Source of the DNA: Chitinophagales bacterium | GTDB taxonomy: Bacteria; Bacteroidota; Bacteroidia; Chitinophagales; JADJOU01 | Reading direction: 5' to 3' | DNA: 64,000 nucleotides | Assembly: GCA_044368655.1 (NCBI GenBank) | Contig: JBIPPB010000001.1 | Span: forward strand, 11,317-75,316 | Shown here: in pieces, positions 45,843 to 56,618 of the stretch | How positions within the stretch are numbered: position 1 is the stretch's first letter | Layout: each line of letters starts with the position of its first letter | Notes under the pieces: model-generated | Database searches by the model: none | Told to the model about the DNA's origin: nothing | What the model saw: the letters and a program-made list of their open reading frames with translations, nothing else | Translations under genes and position numbers: made by a program

Positions 45843-46934
45843 ATGAAAATTGAAGAAATTATTTCCCTAATTCATCAATGGGCACCTCCTAGTTTATCCG
45901 AATCTTATGACAATGTAGGATTGCTTACGGGTGATCCAAAATCGGATTGTAAAGGTATATTAATTTCTTTAGACACTACCGAATCTGTTGTAGATGAAGC
46001 GATAGCTGGTGGATATAATTTAATTATTTCGCACCATCCTATTATTTTTGGTGGTATAAAAAAATTAATTGGAGCCAATTATATCGAAAAAACCATTATC
46101 AAAGCCATTAAAAATGATATTGCCATTTTTGCTGTTCACACCAATTTAGATAATATTCTAACAGGGGTTAATCATAAAATTGCAAGTTTGCTTCAACTTA
46201 AAAACACCAAAATTTTATCCCCAAAAAATAACCATATTTATAAATTGACCACGTTTGCTCCTATTGAAGCTACAGACCACGTTTTAAAAGCATTATTTAA
46301 TGGGGGCGCTGGTCATATAGGAAATTACAGTGAAGCCAGTTTTGTTTCAAGCGGCATTGGAAGTTTTAAAGGAAATGACCTAACAAACCCTACAATTGGA
46401 AAAGCCAATCATTTAGAAAAAGTGGAAGAACATAAAATTGAAGTGATTCTTCCAATATATGCAAAAAAGAAAGTACTGCATGCGCTTTTCAATTCACATC
46501 CTTATGAAGAAGTAGCCTATGATTTAATATTACTTTCCAATGAAAATCATAATATAGGAAGTGGCATGATTGGCGAGCTTGAAAATCCATTACCCATTGA
46601 CGCATTTTTAGCTTTAGTTAAAAAAACATTTAATTGCGGCAGTATAAAATATACGCCCGTTTCAAAAAATATAAAAACGGTAGCCGTTTGCGGAGGTAGT
46701 GGAAGCTTTTTACGAAAAGAAGCAATGCTCCAACAAGCAGATGCGTTCCTTTCTTCAGATTTTAAATATCATGAATTCTTTGATTCCGAAAATTTGATTT
46801 CATTTATTGATATAGGACATTATGAAACCGAACAATATACCAAAGAAATAATTTTTGACTATATTAAAAAAAATGCAGTATCTTTGCCGACCAAAATTTC
46901 AGCGGTTAATACAAATCCCGTTTTGTATTTCTAA
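45843..46934 (+). CDS. Nif3-like dinuclear metal centre protein (YbgI family)
   Basis: 363 aa. Motifs ISHHPIIF and HTNLD. Confidence 0.9.
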   Translation: MKIEEIISLIHQWAPPSLSESYDNVGLLTGDPKSDCKGILISLDTTESVVDEAIAGGYNLIISHHPIIFGGIKKLIGANYIEKTIIKAIKNDIAIFAVHTNLDNILTGVNHKIASLLQLKNTKILSPKNNHIYKLTTFAPIEATDHVLKALFNGGAGHIGNYSEASFVSSGIGSFKGNDLTNPTIGKANHLEKVEEHKIEVILPIYAKKKVLHALFNSHPYEEVAYDLILLSNENHNIGSGMIGELENPLPIDAFLALVKKTFNCGSIKYTPVSKNIKTVAVCGGSGSFLRKEAMLQQADAFLSSDFKYHEFFDSENLISFIDIGHYETEQYTKEIIFDYIKKNAVSLPTKISAVNTNPVLYF

Positions 46935-47043
46935 TGAAATAATAGTTTGAATATCAATATTTTAAATAAAATAATAATGACGTAAAATTTTTAAATACTT
47001 GTATTTAAGTTTTATTTCATTTAATATCAAATAATAAAATTAT

Positions 47044-47856
47044 ATGAAAAAATTAGACATTTCAATTGAAGAAAAATTAGAAGCGTTATTTCAACTTCAG
47101 TCTATTGATTCTCAGATTGATAAAATCAATTTTATAAAAGGAGAGCTTCCATTAGAAGTTCAAGAAATGAATGATTCCATTATTGGATTAAATACAAGAA
47201 TAGCAAATATCAAAGCAGAAGTTGATGAGGTTGATGGAGAAATTCAAAATAGAAGCCGAATCAAAGAAGAGTCTAAAAATTTAATTGCAAAATTAGAAAA
47301 ACAACAATCGAGTGTTAAAAACAATCGTGAGTTTGAATCTATAAGCAAGGAATTAGAATTGGCTAAGCTCGAAATCGAACTTTGTGATAAAAAAATGCGC
47401 GACGGCAATGAAAAGAAAAATGCATTAACATTAAGATTAGACGCTGCTGTTAATGATTTAAACCTTAAAAATGACGAAATTGCGATTAAAAAGAAAGAGC
47501 TAGAACAAATAGAACTTGAAACGGATAAAGAACTTGAAACTTTAACTGCACAAAGCGAATCGGCTAAAGTAAATGTAGAAGATCGTTATTTAATTGCTTA
47601 TGATCGTATTCGTAAAGCCTACAGAAATGGTTTATCGGTTGTTACCATCGATAGAGATAGTTGTGGCGGTTGTTTTGCTAAAGTTCCACCTCAGCGACAA
47701 TTAGAAGTTAAACAACGTAAAAAAATTATTGTTTGTGAAAACTGCGGAAGAATTTTTGTTTATCCTAAGTCAAAAGAAGTAGAAGACATGAACAAAGAAG
47801 TAGAAGAGGTTCCAAAAGTAGTAAGAAGTAGAAGTAAAAGAGTTAGAGGCGAATAA
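47044..47856 (+). CDS. Coiled-coil C4 zinc-ribbon protein (COG1579/DUF164 type)
   Basis: 270 aa. Long coiled coil followed by CGGC...CENCGRI. Has the usual Nif3 neighbour. Confidence 0.85.
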   Translation: MKKLDISIEEKLEALFQLQSIDSQIDKINFIKGELPLEVQEMNDSIIGLNTRIANIKAEVDEVDGEIQNRSRIKEESKNLIAKLEKQQSSVKNNREFESISKELELAKLEIELCDKKMRDGNEKKNALTLRLDAAVNDLNLKNDEIAIKKKELEQIELETDKELETLTAQSESAKVNVEDRYLIAYDRIRKAYRNGLSVVTIDRDSCGGCFAKVPPQRQLEVKQRKKIIVCENCGRIFVYPKSKEVEDMNKEVEEVPKVVRSRSKRVRGE

Positions 47857-47880
47857 TATTTTTAAAATTTTAAAATTCAA

Positions 47881-47911
47881 AAACATCAAGCTAAGCTTGA
47901 TGTTTTTTTTT
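47881..47911 (+). terminator. Rho-independent terminator
   Basis: Stem aaacatcaagc / gcttgatgttt (11 bp), loop taa, followed by a T-run. Confidence 0.8.
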
Positions 47912-47965
47912 GCTATCCATTAAACGAATTTAGACAATACCTATTCTAAATGATTAAAGTAACGC

Positions 47966-48460
47966 ATGAAAACTACGAAATTATATATAATTTTTGTCTT
48001 AATACTCCAATCGTTTCATTTATTTTGTCAAGAAATTGTGAATATTAACGATGTAAATACATTAAATAATCAACTGCGAAAAACAAAAAATTATAAACCC
48101 CTTGTCTCCGATAGTATTTTAGATAAAATGGCGTATTTACACGCATATGAAATGGCTACGAATTCCTTTTTTGCACATCAAAATCCTCATAATCCATCGC
48201 TTGCTACTTTAAAGAAAAGAGCCGATTATTTAAATTATGACTACACGATTATTGCCGAAAATATTGCTTATTTTTCGGGAAATATTAATGATTTAAAACA
48301 ACCCCTAAGTCGTCTATTTTTTAATCAATGGAAAACATCCAAACCGCATTATAAAAATATGATGATTAAAGAAGCCACAAAAGTTGGATTATCTTGTGTA
48401 AAAATAAATAAAAACGGAACGTTTTTTTACTATGCCGTTCAAGTAATTGGAAATCCTTAA
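47966..48460 (+). CDS. CAP (SCP/PR1-like) domain protein, secreted
   Basis: 164 aa with a signal peptide. Motifs HAYEMATNSFFAHQNP, AENIAY and WKTSKPHYKNM. Confidence 0.8.
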   Translation: MKTTKLYIIFVLILQSFHLFCQEIVNINDVNTLNNQLRKTKNYKPLVSDSILDKMAYLHAYEMATNSFFAHQNPHNPSLATLKKRADYLNYDYTIIAENIAYFSGNINDLKQPLSRLFFNQWKTSKPHYKNMMIKEATKVGLSCVKINKNGTFFYYAVQVIGNP

Positions 48461-48462
48461 AT

Positions 48463-49593
48463 CTATAACCTTTCCGTAATTTGTTTTAGTTTCGTCTTTT
48501 TCCAATTTTCAAAATTATCATTCAAGATTTGTTGTCGGGCATCTTTTACTAATTGCAAATAAAAGCTTAAATTATTGATACTTGCAATTTGCATTCCTAA
48601 AAGCTCATTAGAACGAATCAAATGTCTTAAATAGGACTTTGTTGTATTTTGCAATAATATATTATTTGATAGATTATCAATTGGAGAAAAATCAAACTCC
48701 CATTTTTTATTTTTAATATTTATTACTCCATGATTAGTAAAAAGAAATCCGTGTCTTGCATTTCGAGTTGGCATAACGCAATCAAACATATCAACACCTC
48801 TCGAAATAGCTTCTAAAATATTTTCTGGCGTACCTACGCCCATCAAATATCTTGGTTTTTCTTGAGGTAAAATACCATTGACCACTTCCAACATTTCATA
48901 CATTTCTTCGGCAGGTTCACCAACGGCCAATCCTCCAATCGCATTTCCGGCAGCATTTTTTTCAGAAATAAAATGGGCACTTTCTATTCTCAAGTCTTTG
49001 TATACACTACCTTGAACAATTGGGAACAAATACTGCTGATAACCATATTTTGGCTCCGTATTATTAAATTGTGTAAAACAACGATCTAGCCATCGATGGG
49101 TCATTGCCAGCGACTTTTTTGCATACGAATAATCACAAGGATACGGTGTGCATTCATCAAAAGCCATAATAATATCCGCACCAATTTTCCGCTGAATATC
49201 CATAACATTTTCAGGAGTAAAAAAATGATAGGAACCGTCTAAATGACTTTGAAAACGAACGCCTTCTTCTGTAATCTTTCGTCGGTGTGCGAGTGAATAG
49301 ACTTGAAAGCCGCCACTATCAGTAAGCATGGGTTTATTCCAGCCTCCAAACTTTAATAAGCCTCCCGCTTTCTCAATCACATCCGTTCCAGGTCTTAAAT
49401 ATAGATGATACGTGTTTCCTAAAATTATTTGCGCGCCAATATCTTCACTAAGTTCTTGAAAGTGAACTCCTTTAACTGTAGCGGCAGTTCCAACAGGCAT
49501 AAATATAGGCGTTTCTATAATTCCATTTTCCGTTTGAATAATTCCTGCTCTTGCTTTGGTGTCTTTGCAAGATTTATTTAATTTAAAAAACAT
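48463..49593 (-). CDS. tgt: tRNA-guanine(34) transglycosylase
   Basis: 376 aa. Motifs TPIFMPVGT, TDSGGFQV and FDCVMPTRNARHG. Confidence 0.95.
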   Translation of the reverse strand: MFFKLNKSCKDTKARAGIIQTENGIIETPIFMPVGTAATVKGVHFQELSEDIGAQIILGNTYHLYLRPGTDVIEKAGGLLKFGGWNKPMLTDSGGFQVYSLAHRRKITEEGVRFQSHLDGSYHFFTPENVMDIQRKIGADIIMAFDECTPYPCDYSYAKKSLAMTHRWLDRCFTQFNNTEPKYGYQQYLFPIVQGSVYKDLRIESAHFISEKNAAGNAIGGLAVGEPAEEMYEMLEVVNGILPQEKPRYLMGVGTPENILEAISRGVDMFDCVMPTRNARHGFLFTNHGVINIKNKKWEFDFSPIDNLSNNILLQNTTKSYLRHLIRSNELLGMQIASINNLSFYLQLVKDARQQILNDNFENWKKTKLKQITERL

Positions 49594-49619
49594 TATGGTT
49601 TATAATTTACAAATTGATA

Positions 49620-50267
49620 TTAAACCTTAGAAGTTAAAAACTTATGAAGTTTTACAAGTTCTTTATCCGATAGTTGACCATCCGCTACTTTATTTTTTGG
49701 ATTAAAAAAAGTATATACCAGCGGCGCTTGATAATACATACTCATTAATCGAGTAAGACTTCCTTTGTCACCCATTCCGATGACAAGTATATCATGAATA
49801 TAAGCGTATAAAGCTAATAAATTTTTTATATCCTCAATATGATTAATATTTGTAGCAATTTTTACTAAATCGGCTCCTAAATCCTTACATTTTTGAGCAA
49901 TTACTCTCAGTTCATGGATGCCATCGGTTTTTTCATAATCATGATAAGAAACAATAACCGAACATCCATTTGTTCTGGCTATTAACATCAATTCATTAAA
50001 ATATTTTTTATTTAAATCATGCTCTAAATCTACAAAACGCGCTCCTGCATTTATAGCCGTTTTTAAAGCTTCAAAACGATCGGAATCCGCTATGCCTTTT
50101 ACTGGACGAAAGGTTGCCATCAAATTTGTCGATGCCGAAAATATTTTATGAATATCGTTTATTTGAAAATTAGCTTTATCTAATCGAACTTCATAAAGGT
50201 CGCCAGATTGAACAATTTTAACTACTGCTTCTTTTTTTCGCTCTTGTAACGTATAACAAAACTCCAT
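49620..50267 (-). CDS. aroD: Type I 3-dehydroquinate dehydratase
   Basis: 215 aa. Layout of SYHDYEKT ... GADLVKIAT (Schiff-base Lys context) is typical of type I DHQase. Confidence 0.75.
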   Translation of the reverse strand: MEFCYTLQERKKEAVVKIVQSGDLYEVRLDKANFQINDIHKIFSASTNLMATFRPVKGIADSDRFEALKTAINAGARFVDLEHDLNKKYFNELMLIARTNGCSVIVSYHDYEKTDGIHELRVIAQKCKDLGADLVKIATNINHIEDIKNLLALYAYIHDILVIGMGDKGSLTRLMSMYYQAPLVYTFFNPKNKVADGQLSDKELVKLHKFLTSKV

Positions 50268-50278
50268 CTTTTTAAAAT

Positions 50279-51268
50279 TTAAAATTTATTAAATGACCCA
50301 AAATCTTTATGATCCAATTCATACAAATCTTCTTTGCTTAAAGATTTAAAATATTCTAAGGTTATTTTCAAGCCTTCTTTTCGTTCCACTTTTGGTTCCC
50401 AATTCAAAAGTTCTTTTGCTTTAGAAATATTGGGTTGTCTTTGCATCGGATCGTCTTGTGGCAATGGTTTGTATATAATCTCCGACTTGCCATCAAAAAG
50501 TGCTTTAATTTCATTTGCGAATTGAGAAATTGTAATTTCATCTGGATTACCAATATTTACAGGATACGGATAATCACTCATAAGTAGTCTATATATTCCT
50601 TCTACTAAGTCCGAAACATAACAAAAACTTCGAGTTTGAGAGCCATCACCAAAAATAGTCATGGGTTCACCTCGTAAAGATTGCCCAATAAATGCGGGCA
50701 AAACTCTTCCATCATTCAAACGCATTCTTGGTCCGTAGGTATTAAAAATTCGAACAATTCGCGTTTCTACTTGATGAAATCGATGATATGCCATCGTTAT
50801 CGCTTCTTGAAATCGCTTGGCTTCGTCATAAACGCCTCTTGGACCTATAGGGTTTACATTACCCCAATAATCTTCCGTTTGCGGATGCACTAATGGGTCT
50901 CCATATACTTCGGAAGTAGATGCAACCAGTATTCTCGCATTTTTGGCTTTTGCCAATCCTAATAAATTATGTGTCCCTAAACTTCCAACTTTCAACGTTT
51001 GAATAGGTATTTTTAAATAGTCAATAGGACTCGCTGGTGATGCAAAATGTAAAATATAATCTAACTCACCCGAAATATGAACATACTTACTGACATCGTG
51101 ATGGTAAAATTCAAAATTTGGAAGCGGCATCAAATGCTCAATGTTTTTCATTTGACCCGTAATTAAATTATCCATTGCGATAACTTCATAATCTTTTTGG
51201 ATAAAATAATCACATAAATGAGACCCTAAAAAACCGGCTGCTCCGGTAATTAAAACACGTTTAGCCAC
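50279..51268 (-). CDS. uxs: UDP-glucuronate decarboxylase (UDP-xylose synthase)-type SDR epimerase
   Basis: Motifs [22 protein letters not shown] and YDEAKR. Confidence 0.85.
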   Translation of the reverse strand: MAKRVLITGAAGFLGSHLCDYFIQKDYEVIAMDNLITGQMKNIEHLMPLPNFEFYHHDVSKYVHISGELDYILHFASPASPIDYLKIPIQTLKVGSLGTHNLLGLAKAKNARILVASTSEVYGDPLVHPQTEDYWGNVNPIGPRGVYDEAKRFQEAITMAYHRFHQVETRIVRIFNTYGPRMRLNDGRVLPAFIGQSLRGEPMTIFGDGSQTRSFCYVSDLVEGIYRLLMSDYPYPVNIGNPDEITISQFANEIKALFDGKSEIIYKPLPQDDPMQRQPNISKAKELLNWEPKVERKEGLKITLEYFKSLSKEDLYELDHKDFGSFNKF

Positions 51269-52574
51269 GAGAAACCTCCTTTCTTCCTATGCTTATGTAT
51301 TCAAATCCTTCTTTTTCCATTTCATTTAATTCAAATAAATTTCTACCATCAAATATTAATGGTGTTTTCAAACTATGTTTTATTTTTTGAAAATCGGGCT
51401 GTCTAAACGCATTCCATTCTGTAACGATAACTAGTGCATCGGCATCTTGAAGAATTTCATACATGTTTTGCCCATAATTAATTCGATCGCCAACTTTTCG
51501 TTTTACATTTTCCATCCCTTCTGGATCATAAACAAAAACTTTAGCCCCTTCGTTTAACAATTCATCAATCAAATATAAAGCGGGAGCTTCACGAATGTCA
51601 TCGGTGTTTGGTTTAAAACTTAAGCCCCAAATTGCAATTTTTTTATCTTTTAAATTTATTTTTTGTTTTATTTTTTCAAAAAACAATTCCCTCTGATTTT
51701 GATTCACATCAATTACTGCGTTTAAGATTTTGAATTGATATTTATTTTGATTTGAAATACTTTGCAATGCTTTTACATCTTTTGGAAAACAGCTTCCTCC
51801 ATATCCAATACCTGGAAACAAAAATCGATTTCCAATACGGTTGTCGCTTCCAATTCCTTTTCGGATACTATTAATATCCGCACCCACTTTTTCAGCTAAA
51901 TTTGCCATTTCATTCATAAATGAAATTTTTAACGCTAAAAATGAATTGGCTGCATATTTAGTTAACTCGGCAGACTTTTCATCCATAATATAAATTGGAT
52001 TTCCTTGACGAACAAAAGGGGCATATAATTTTTGCATCCATTCAATTGCTGTTTGGCTTGAACTACCAATTACAATTCGGTCGGGTTTTAAAAAATCTTC
52101 AACAGCATAACCTTCTCTAAGAAATTCAGGATTGGATACCACATCAATTTTAACTTTAGCTTGCTCGTCAAAAATCTTTTGAACCATAGCCGCAGTGCCT
52201 ACAGGAACTGTGCTTTTATTAACTACGATTTTATAACTTTTAAGACATTGACTTAGCTTTTGAGCCATATTTAAAACATAGCTTAAATCCGCAGAGCCGT
52301 CTTCGCTTTCTGGCGTAGGCAAAGCTAAGAAAATAATTTGAGCCTCATCCACTGCTTTTTCTAAATCCGTTGTAAAATCAATACGTCCTTCTTTTTGATT
52401 TCGATGTAAATACATTTCTAATGTAGGCTCAAAAATAGGAACTTGACCTGATTTTAAAGCATCCACCTTCTTTTGATCAATATCAACACAAATAACGTTA
52501 ACACCCGTCTCCGCAAAACAAACTCCCGAAACCAAACCGACATAGCCCGTTCCGATTACTGCAATTTTTATCAT
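51261..52574 (-). CDS. ugd: UDP-glucose 6-dehydrogenase
   Basis: Motifs [14 protein letters not shown] and [10 protein letters not shown]. Confidence 0.92.
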   Translation of the reverse strand: MIKIAVIGTGYVGLVSGVCFAETGVNVICVDIDQKKVDALKSGQVPIFEPTLEMYLHRNQKEGRIDFTTDLEKAVDEAQIIFLALPTPESEDGSADLSYVLNMAQKLSQCLKSYKIVVNKSTVPVGTAAMVQKIFDEQAKVKIDVVSNPEFLREGYAVEDFLKPDRIVIGSSSQTAIEWMQKLYAPFVRQGNPIYIMDEKSAELTKYAANSFLALKISFMNEMANLAEKVGADINSIRKGIGSDNRIGNRFLFPGIGYGGSCFPKDVKALQSISNQNKYQFKILNAVIDVNQNQRELFFEKIKQKINLKDKKIAIWGLSFKPNTDDIREAPALYLIDELLNEGAKVFVYDPEGMENVKRKVGDRINYGQNMYEILQDADALVIVTEWNAFRQPDFQKIKHSLKTPLIFDGRNLFELNEMEKEGFEYISIGRKEVSRG

Positions 52575-53740
52575 TTAATTTTTGTTTTATTTAACTTCCA
52601 AATTACGATTCCTGCTCCAATTAGCATCATAAAAAACGAGATATACTGCGCTTGAGACAAACTAACCCCAAAATACGTGTATTTCGTATTTTCTCTTATA
52701 AACTCTATTAAAAAACGTTCTAATCCATTAAAAATCATAAATAAACCGGTAATTGCGCCTAAATATTTTGTCCAGCTTTTTCTAATTTTCCAAATTATTA
52801 GAAATAAGATAGTAACCATAATAAACTCATACAACGGCGTTGGAAAATGAGGTTCAGGAAGCACACTACAAAACATCCCACTACAATCCATCATTGGTAT
52901 TCCTTCGTTATTTACATTATGTGCATAGGTATTTCCCCATAAAAAATCTGGGACAAAAGATGGTTTTGAAAAACCTGCGCTCGGAATTCCCCAGCATCCA
53001 TCTCCCGAAAATTGACAGCCAAGTCTTCCAACAGCATAAGCAATGAAAAACGATGGCGCTAAACTATCCGTTAATGCCCATAAATTTATTTTATTTTTCT
53101 TACCATAAATAATTATCAATAAAGCGGCAAGCCATAATCCGCCCAAAACGCTTAATCCTGAAGTAAGAGATTGAATCGGATTGGTTAATAATTCTTGCAT
53201 CGAAGCAGGATTGTCAATAGCATCCATTAATTTAGAGCCTAAAATGCCGCCAACAACCGCCAACATTAAAATATCAAAAATTCGATCTTCAACATTATAT
53301 TGAATTTTTTGAATTACCGGTGGTGTTTTTTGAACTTTTTTTATTTTAAAATATTCATAAATGGCCATTGCTAATCCTCCTAATAAAGCCATAATTTTAT
53401 TGCCTTGTAAAGACAAAATATAAGATTGTGGGTCCATTCGGAAAACTTCGGGCTCTTGGATATATCCAAACAACTTGAGCAACACAAAAAATCCAAATAA
53501 AAAAGGTACAATTAAATCCGAAATTTGTGGTGCTTTACCAATAGTGATTTCTTTTGTATTTTTCTCAAAAATGCCTAAATCAGTTCGTCTTTTTAGCTCT
53601 TGCCTCGCAAAATAAATTCCGACCATAAACGCAATTGCCATTAGCAATCCATAGGTATTTGGTGGCATTGAAATTATATTTGTACCGAATATATCATTTA
53701 CAAAATCCCAAACGGTGGCATAAGCTCTTAAATATAGCAT
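52571..53740 (-). CDS. lgt: Prolipoprotein diacylglyceryl transferase (long form)
   Basis: 389 aa, polytopic. Has the AVGRLGCQFSGDGCWG loop and C-terminal LSQAQYISFFMMLIG. Longer than typical Lgt. Confidence 0.75.
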   Translation of the reverse strand: MLYLRAYATVWDFVNDIFGTNIISMPPNTYGLLMAIAFMVGIYFARQELKRRTDLGIFEKNTKEITIGKAPQISDLIVPFLFGFFVLLKLFGYIQEPEVFRMDPQSYILSLQGNKIMALLGGLAMAIYEYFKIKKVQKTPPVIQKIQYNVEDRIFDILMLAVVGGILGSKLMDAIDNPASMQELLTNPIQSLTSGLSVLGGLWLAALLIIIYGKKNKINLWALTDSLAPSFFIAYAVGRLGCQFSGDGCWGIPSAGFSKPSFVPDFLWGNTYAHNVNNEGIPMMDCSGMFCSVLPEPHFPTPLYEFIMVTILFLIIWKIRKSWTKYLGAITGLFMIFNGLERFLIEFIRENTKYTYFGVSLSQAQYISFFMMLIGAGIVIWKLNKTKIK

Positions 53741-53845
53741 TTTTTAGCAATTTAAATATGCGTTATAAATCTGCAAATTTATTAAAAAAATAAGGACTAT
53801 GGCGTTAAAATTGCTTTAAATATAAATATTTTTCTTAAAATTCCT

Positions 53846-53853
53846 TATATTTG
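53846..53853 (+). promoter_or_regulatory. Candidate -7 promoter box (TATATTTG)
   Basis: The TAnnTTTG match overlaps the track's TTG start at 53851, which supports ATG 53875 as the real start. Confidence 0.5.
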
Positions 53854-53874
53854 CGTTGTTTAAAATTTAAGCCA

Positions 53875-55179
53875 ATGATTAGTTCGATTATTTTTATATC
53901 CTTATTAATAATTTTAGGAATTTTTAGTTTTAAAAGATACCGTCAAATATATCAAAATATTCAACTAGGAATGCCTTGGTCGCCTTCAAATCAATTGAAA
54001 GACCGAATTAAAAATACTGTTTTAATTGCTTTGGGGCAGAAAAAAATGTTTTCAAGACCTATTCCTGCTATTTTTCATTTGTTTATTTATTTAGCATTTA
54101 TTTTTACTCAAATCGAACTGATTGAGATATTAATTGATGGCATTTTTAATTCGCATCGTTTCATTTTTCATTTGGTTGAAGGAAGCTTTGCCGCATCAAT
54201 TTACATTGGATTAATTAATTTTATTGAGATTTTATCTCTAAGTGCCTTTATTGCTACTTTAGTTTTTTTAAGTCGAAGAAACCTTTTAAAGTTACCTCGA
54301 TTAAACATGAAAGAATTGGCGGGTTGGCCGGTTAAAGATGCCAATATCATCCTAATTGCCGAAATCTATTTAATTGCTTGTATTTTTATTATGAATAGTG
54401 CTGATATGGCGCTTCAAGATCCTGCAAATAGTCGATATCATTTTTTACTAAGTTCTCTTTTGGTTCCTTTTTGGGATGGAATCAGTTTTCATACAATCGA
54501 AATTTTTGAACGTATTGGCTGGTGGGGACATGTCATTGGAATTTTTGGATTTATTGCTTATTTGCCGTATTCCAAACATTTACATATCATTTTAGCTTTT
54601 CCTAATGCCTTTTTTAGCAATGATGATGCAAAAGGAAAGATTAACTATATGCCTCAAATTTTCAATGAGATTCAAAGCATGATGGATCCATCGTTTGCAA
54701 GCAATTCAGACGGATCTGAAATGAAATTTGGTGCTAAAGATGTACAAGATTTAACTTGGAAAAATCTTTTGGACGCCTACAGTTGTACAGAATGTGGACG
54801 ATGTACCAGCAGTTGTCCTGCTAATCAAACGGGAAAATTGCTCTCTCCAAGAAAAATCATGATGGATACCCGAGATCGATTGGAAGAAGTGGGTAATAAT
54901 ATTCAAAAAAATGGAAGCTTTGTTTCGGATAATAAATCTTTGATTCATGATTATATTTCGGTTGAAGAACTTAGAGCTTGTACTACTTGTAATGCTTGTG
55001 TGGAAGAATGTCCTGTAAATATTTCTCCTTTAGATATTATTGTTCAGCTTCGAAGAAACTTAATTATGGAAGAAAGTAATTCGCCTCAAGAGTGGAATAT
55101 GATGTTTGGAAATATCGAAACAAACGGCGCTCCTTGGAAGTTTTCACCTACAGAACGTGGAAATTGGGCAAATAAATAA
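53875..55179 (+). CDS. Membrane-anchored (Fe-S)-binding protein, Hdr/GlpC-like ferredoxin subunit
   Basis: N-terminal polytopic membrane domain plus two 4Fe-4S motifs (CTECGRCTSSCP and CTTCNACVEECP). Confidence 0.75.
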   Translation: MISSIIFISLLIILGIFSFKRYRQIYQNIQLGMPWSPSNQLKDRIKNTVLIALGQKKMFSRPIPAIFHLFIYLAFIFTQIELIEILIDGIFNSHRFIFHLVEGSFAASIYIGLINFIEILSLSAFIATLVFLSRRNLLKLPRLNMKELAGWPVKDANIILIAEIYLIACIFIMNSADMALQDPANSRYHFLLSSLLVPFWDGISFHTIEIFERIGWWGHVIGIFGFIAYLPYSKHLHIILAFPNAFFSNDDAKGKINYMPQIFNEIQSMMDPSFASNSDGSEMKFGAKDVQDLTWKNLLDAYSCTECGRCTSSCPANQTGKLLSPRKIMMDTRDRLEEVGNNIQKNGSFVSDNKSLIHDYISVEELRACTTCNACVEECPVNISPLDIIVQLRRNLIMEESNSPQEWNMMFGNIETNGAPWKFSPTERGNWANK

Positions 55180-55203
55180 TTTTTAAAAAATAAAAATAGC
55201 TAT

Positions 55204-55983
55204 ATGATACAAGTAAAAACGATGGCAGACTATTTGGCACAAGGAGAAAGTCCTGATGTATTATTTTGGGTAGGATGTGCTGGAAGTTTTGATGATAGAG
55301 CCAAAAGAATAACAAGCCAATTTGCTGAAATATTAACAAAAATTGGGGTTCGTTTTGCTATTTTAGGTAGCGAAGAAAGCTGTACGGGCGATCCTGCTCG
55401 AAGAGCCGGGAACGAATTCTTATTTCAAATGATGGCGTATCAAAATATTCAAGTTTTGAATGGATACGAGGTTAAAAAAATCGTGACGACCTGTCCACAT
55501 TGTTTTAATACATTGAAAAATGAATATCCAGAGTTGGGAGGCAAATATGATGTTTGGCATCATACCGAGTTTCTACAAGATTTGATAGATAAAGGTAACA
55601 TAAAAATTACCGACACCAATGAGTATAAAGGAAAACGAATCACCTATCACGACAGCTGTTATTTGGGAAGAGGAAATAATATCTATGAAGCTCCCCGACA
55701 AATCTTGGAAGCGCTTGATACCGATTTGTATGAAATGAAACGTTCTAAAAAAAATGGACTTTGCTGTGGAGCTGGAGGCGCACAGATGTTTAAAGAAGAA
55801 GAACATGGTGGCATCCGAATCAACGAAGAGCGAACCAAAGATGTTTTGGATACAAAATCCGAAATTGTTGTAGCAAGCTGTCCTTTTTGTATAACGATGC
55901 TCCAAGATGGCCTAAAAGCCAATGATAAGCAAGATAGTGTAAAAGTTTTGGATATTGTAGAACTCTTAAATACTTCCATTTAA
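55204..55983 (+). CDS. (Fe-S)-binding protein with two CCG cysteine-rich domains (HdrD/GlpC C-terminal type)
   Basis: 259 aa. Motifs CPHCFNT, CCGAGG and CPFC. Confidence 0.8.
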   Translation: MIQVKTMADYLAQGESPDVLFWVGCAGSFDDRAKRITSQFAEILTKIGVRFAILGSEESCTGDPARRAGNEFLFQMMAYQNIQVLNGYEVKKIVTTCPHCFNTLKNEYPELGGKYDVWHHTEFLQDLIDKGNIKITDTNEYKGKRITYHDSCYLGRGNNIYEAPRQILEALDTDLYEMKRSKKNGLCCGAGGAQMFKEEEHGGIRINEERTKDVLDTKSEIVVASCPFCITMLQDGLKANDKQDSVKVLDIVELLNTSI

Positions 55984-55985
55984 AA

Positions 55986-56612
55986 ATGGATCCTTGGATT
56001 TTAGTTATAGATACCTCAACGTCTTTTTTATCGGTTTCTTTAGGCTGTAATGGTAAAGAAATAGATACATATCGATCATTAGAATCACTTAATCATGCCA
56101 AATATATTACGACTTCCATTATTAGCCTTTTGGAAAAAAATAATTTGGAGTTAAGTCAATTAAATGCTGTTGCGGTGCATTGTGGACCAGGTTCTTTTAC
56201 AGGGCTTCGGGTAGGCTCAAGTGTAGCAAAAGGCCTTTGTTTTGGATTAGATATTCCTTTGATTTCAGTAAAAGGATTAGAAGCTATAAGTAAAACACTT
56301 TCCGAACAAAATCCATCCCATTCTTATTTTACTTTAATCGACGCTAGAAGAAATAATTTTTATTTTTCCTACTTTGATACTGAAAAAAAATACTTACATC
56401 CAAGTAGTTTTGCTAATGAAGAAGAAATCATTAATATCAAAAACAAAATATCAAACGCCATAATTATTAAAAATACAAATGAAGAAGATCAAACGTATTT
56501 TTGCTCCTCTTTTTTAGTTCACGATGCTTTTGAAAAATATTATAACCAAATTTTTGAAGATATTGCAGCATTTGAACCATTATATTTAGTTAACAATTAT
56601 ATTAAATCATAA
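55986..56612 (+). CDS. tsaB: tRNA t6A biosynthesis protein TsaB
   Basis: 208 aa. Motifs ILVIDTSTSFLSVSL and GPGSFTGLRVG. Confidence 0.85.
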   Translation: MDPWILVIDTSTSFLSVSLGCNGKEIDTYRSLESLNHAKYITTSIISLLEKNNLELSQLNAVAVHCGPGSFTGLRVGSSVAKGLCFGLDIPLISVKGLEAISKTLSEQNPSHSYFTLIDARRNNFYFSYFDTEKKYLHPSSFANEEEIINIKNKISNAIIIKNTNEEDQTYFCSSFLVHDAFEKYYNQIFEDIAAFEPLYLVNNYIKS

Positions 56613-56618
56613 GTACAT

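Noticed and set aside
55573-55979. Two minus-strand ORFs (110 and 98 aa)
   Set aside because: Both are antisense to the CCG-domain Fe-S protein gene, which has clear cysteine motifs. They are shadow ORFs.
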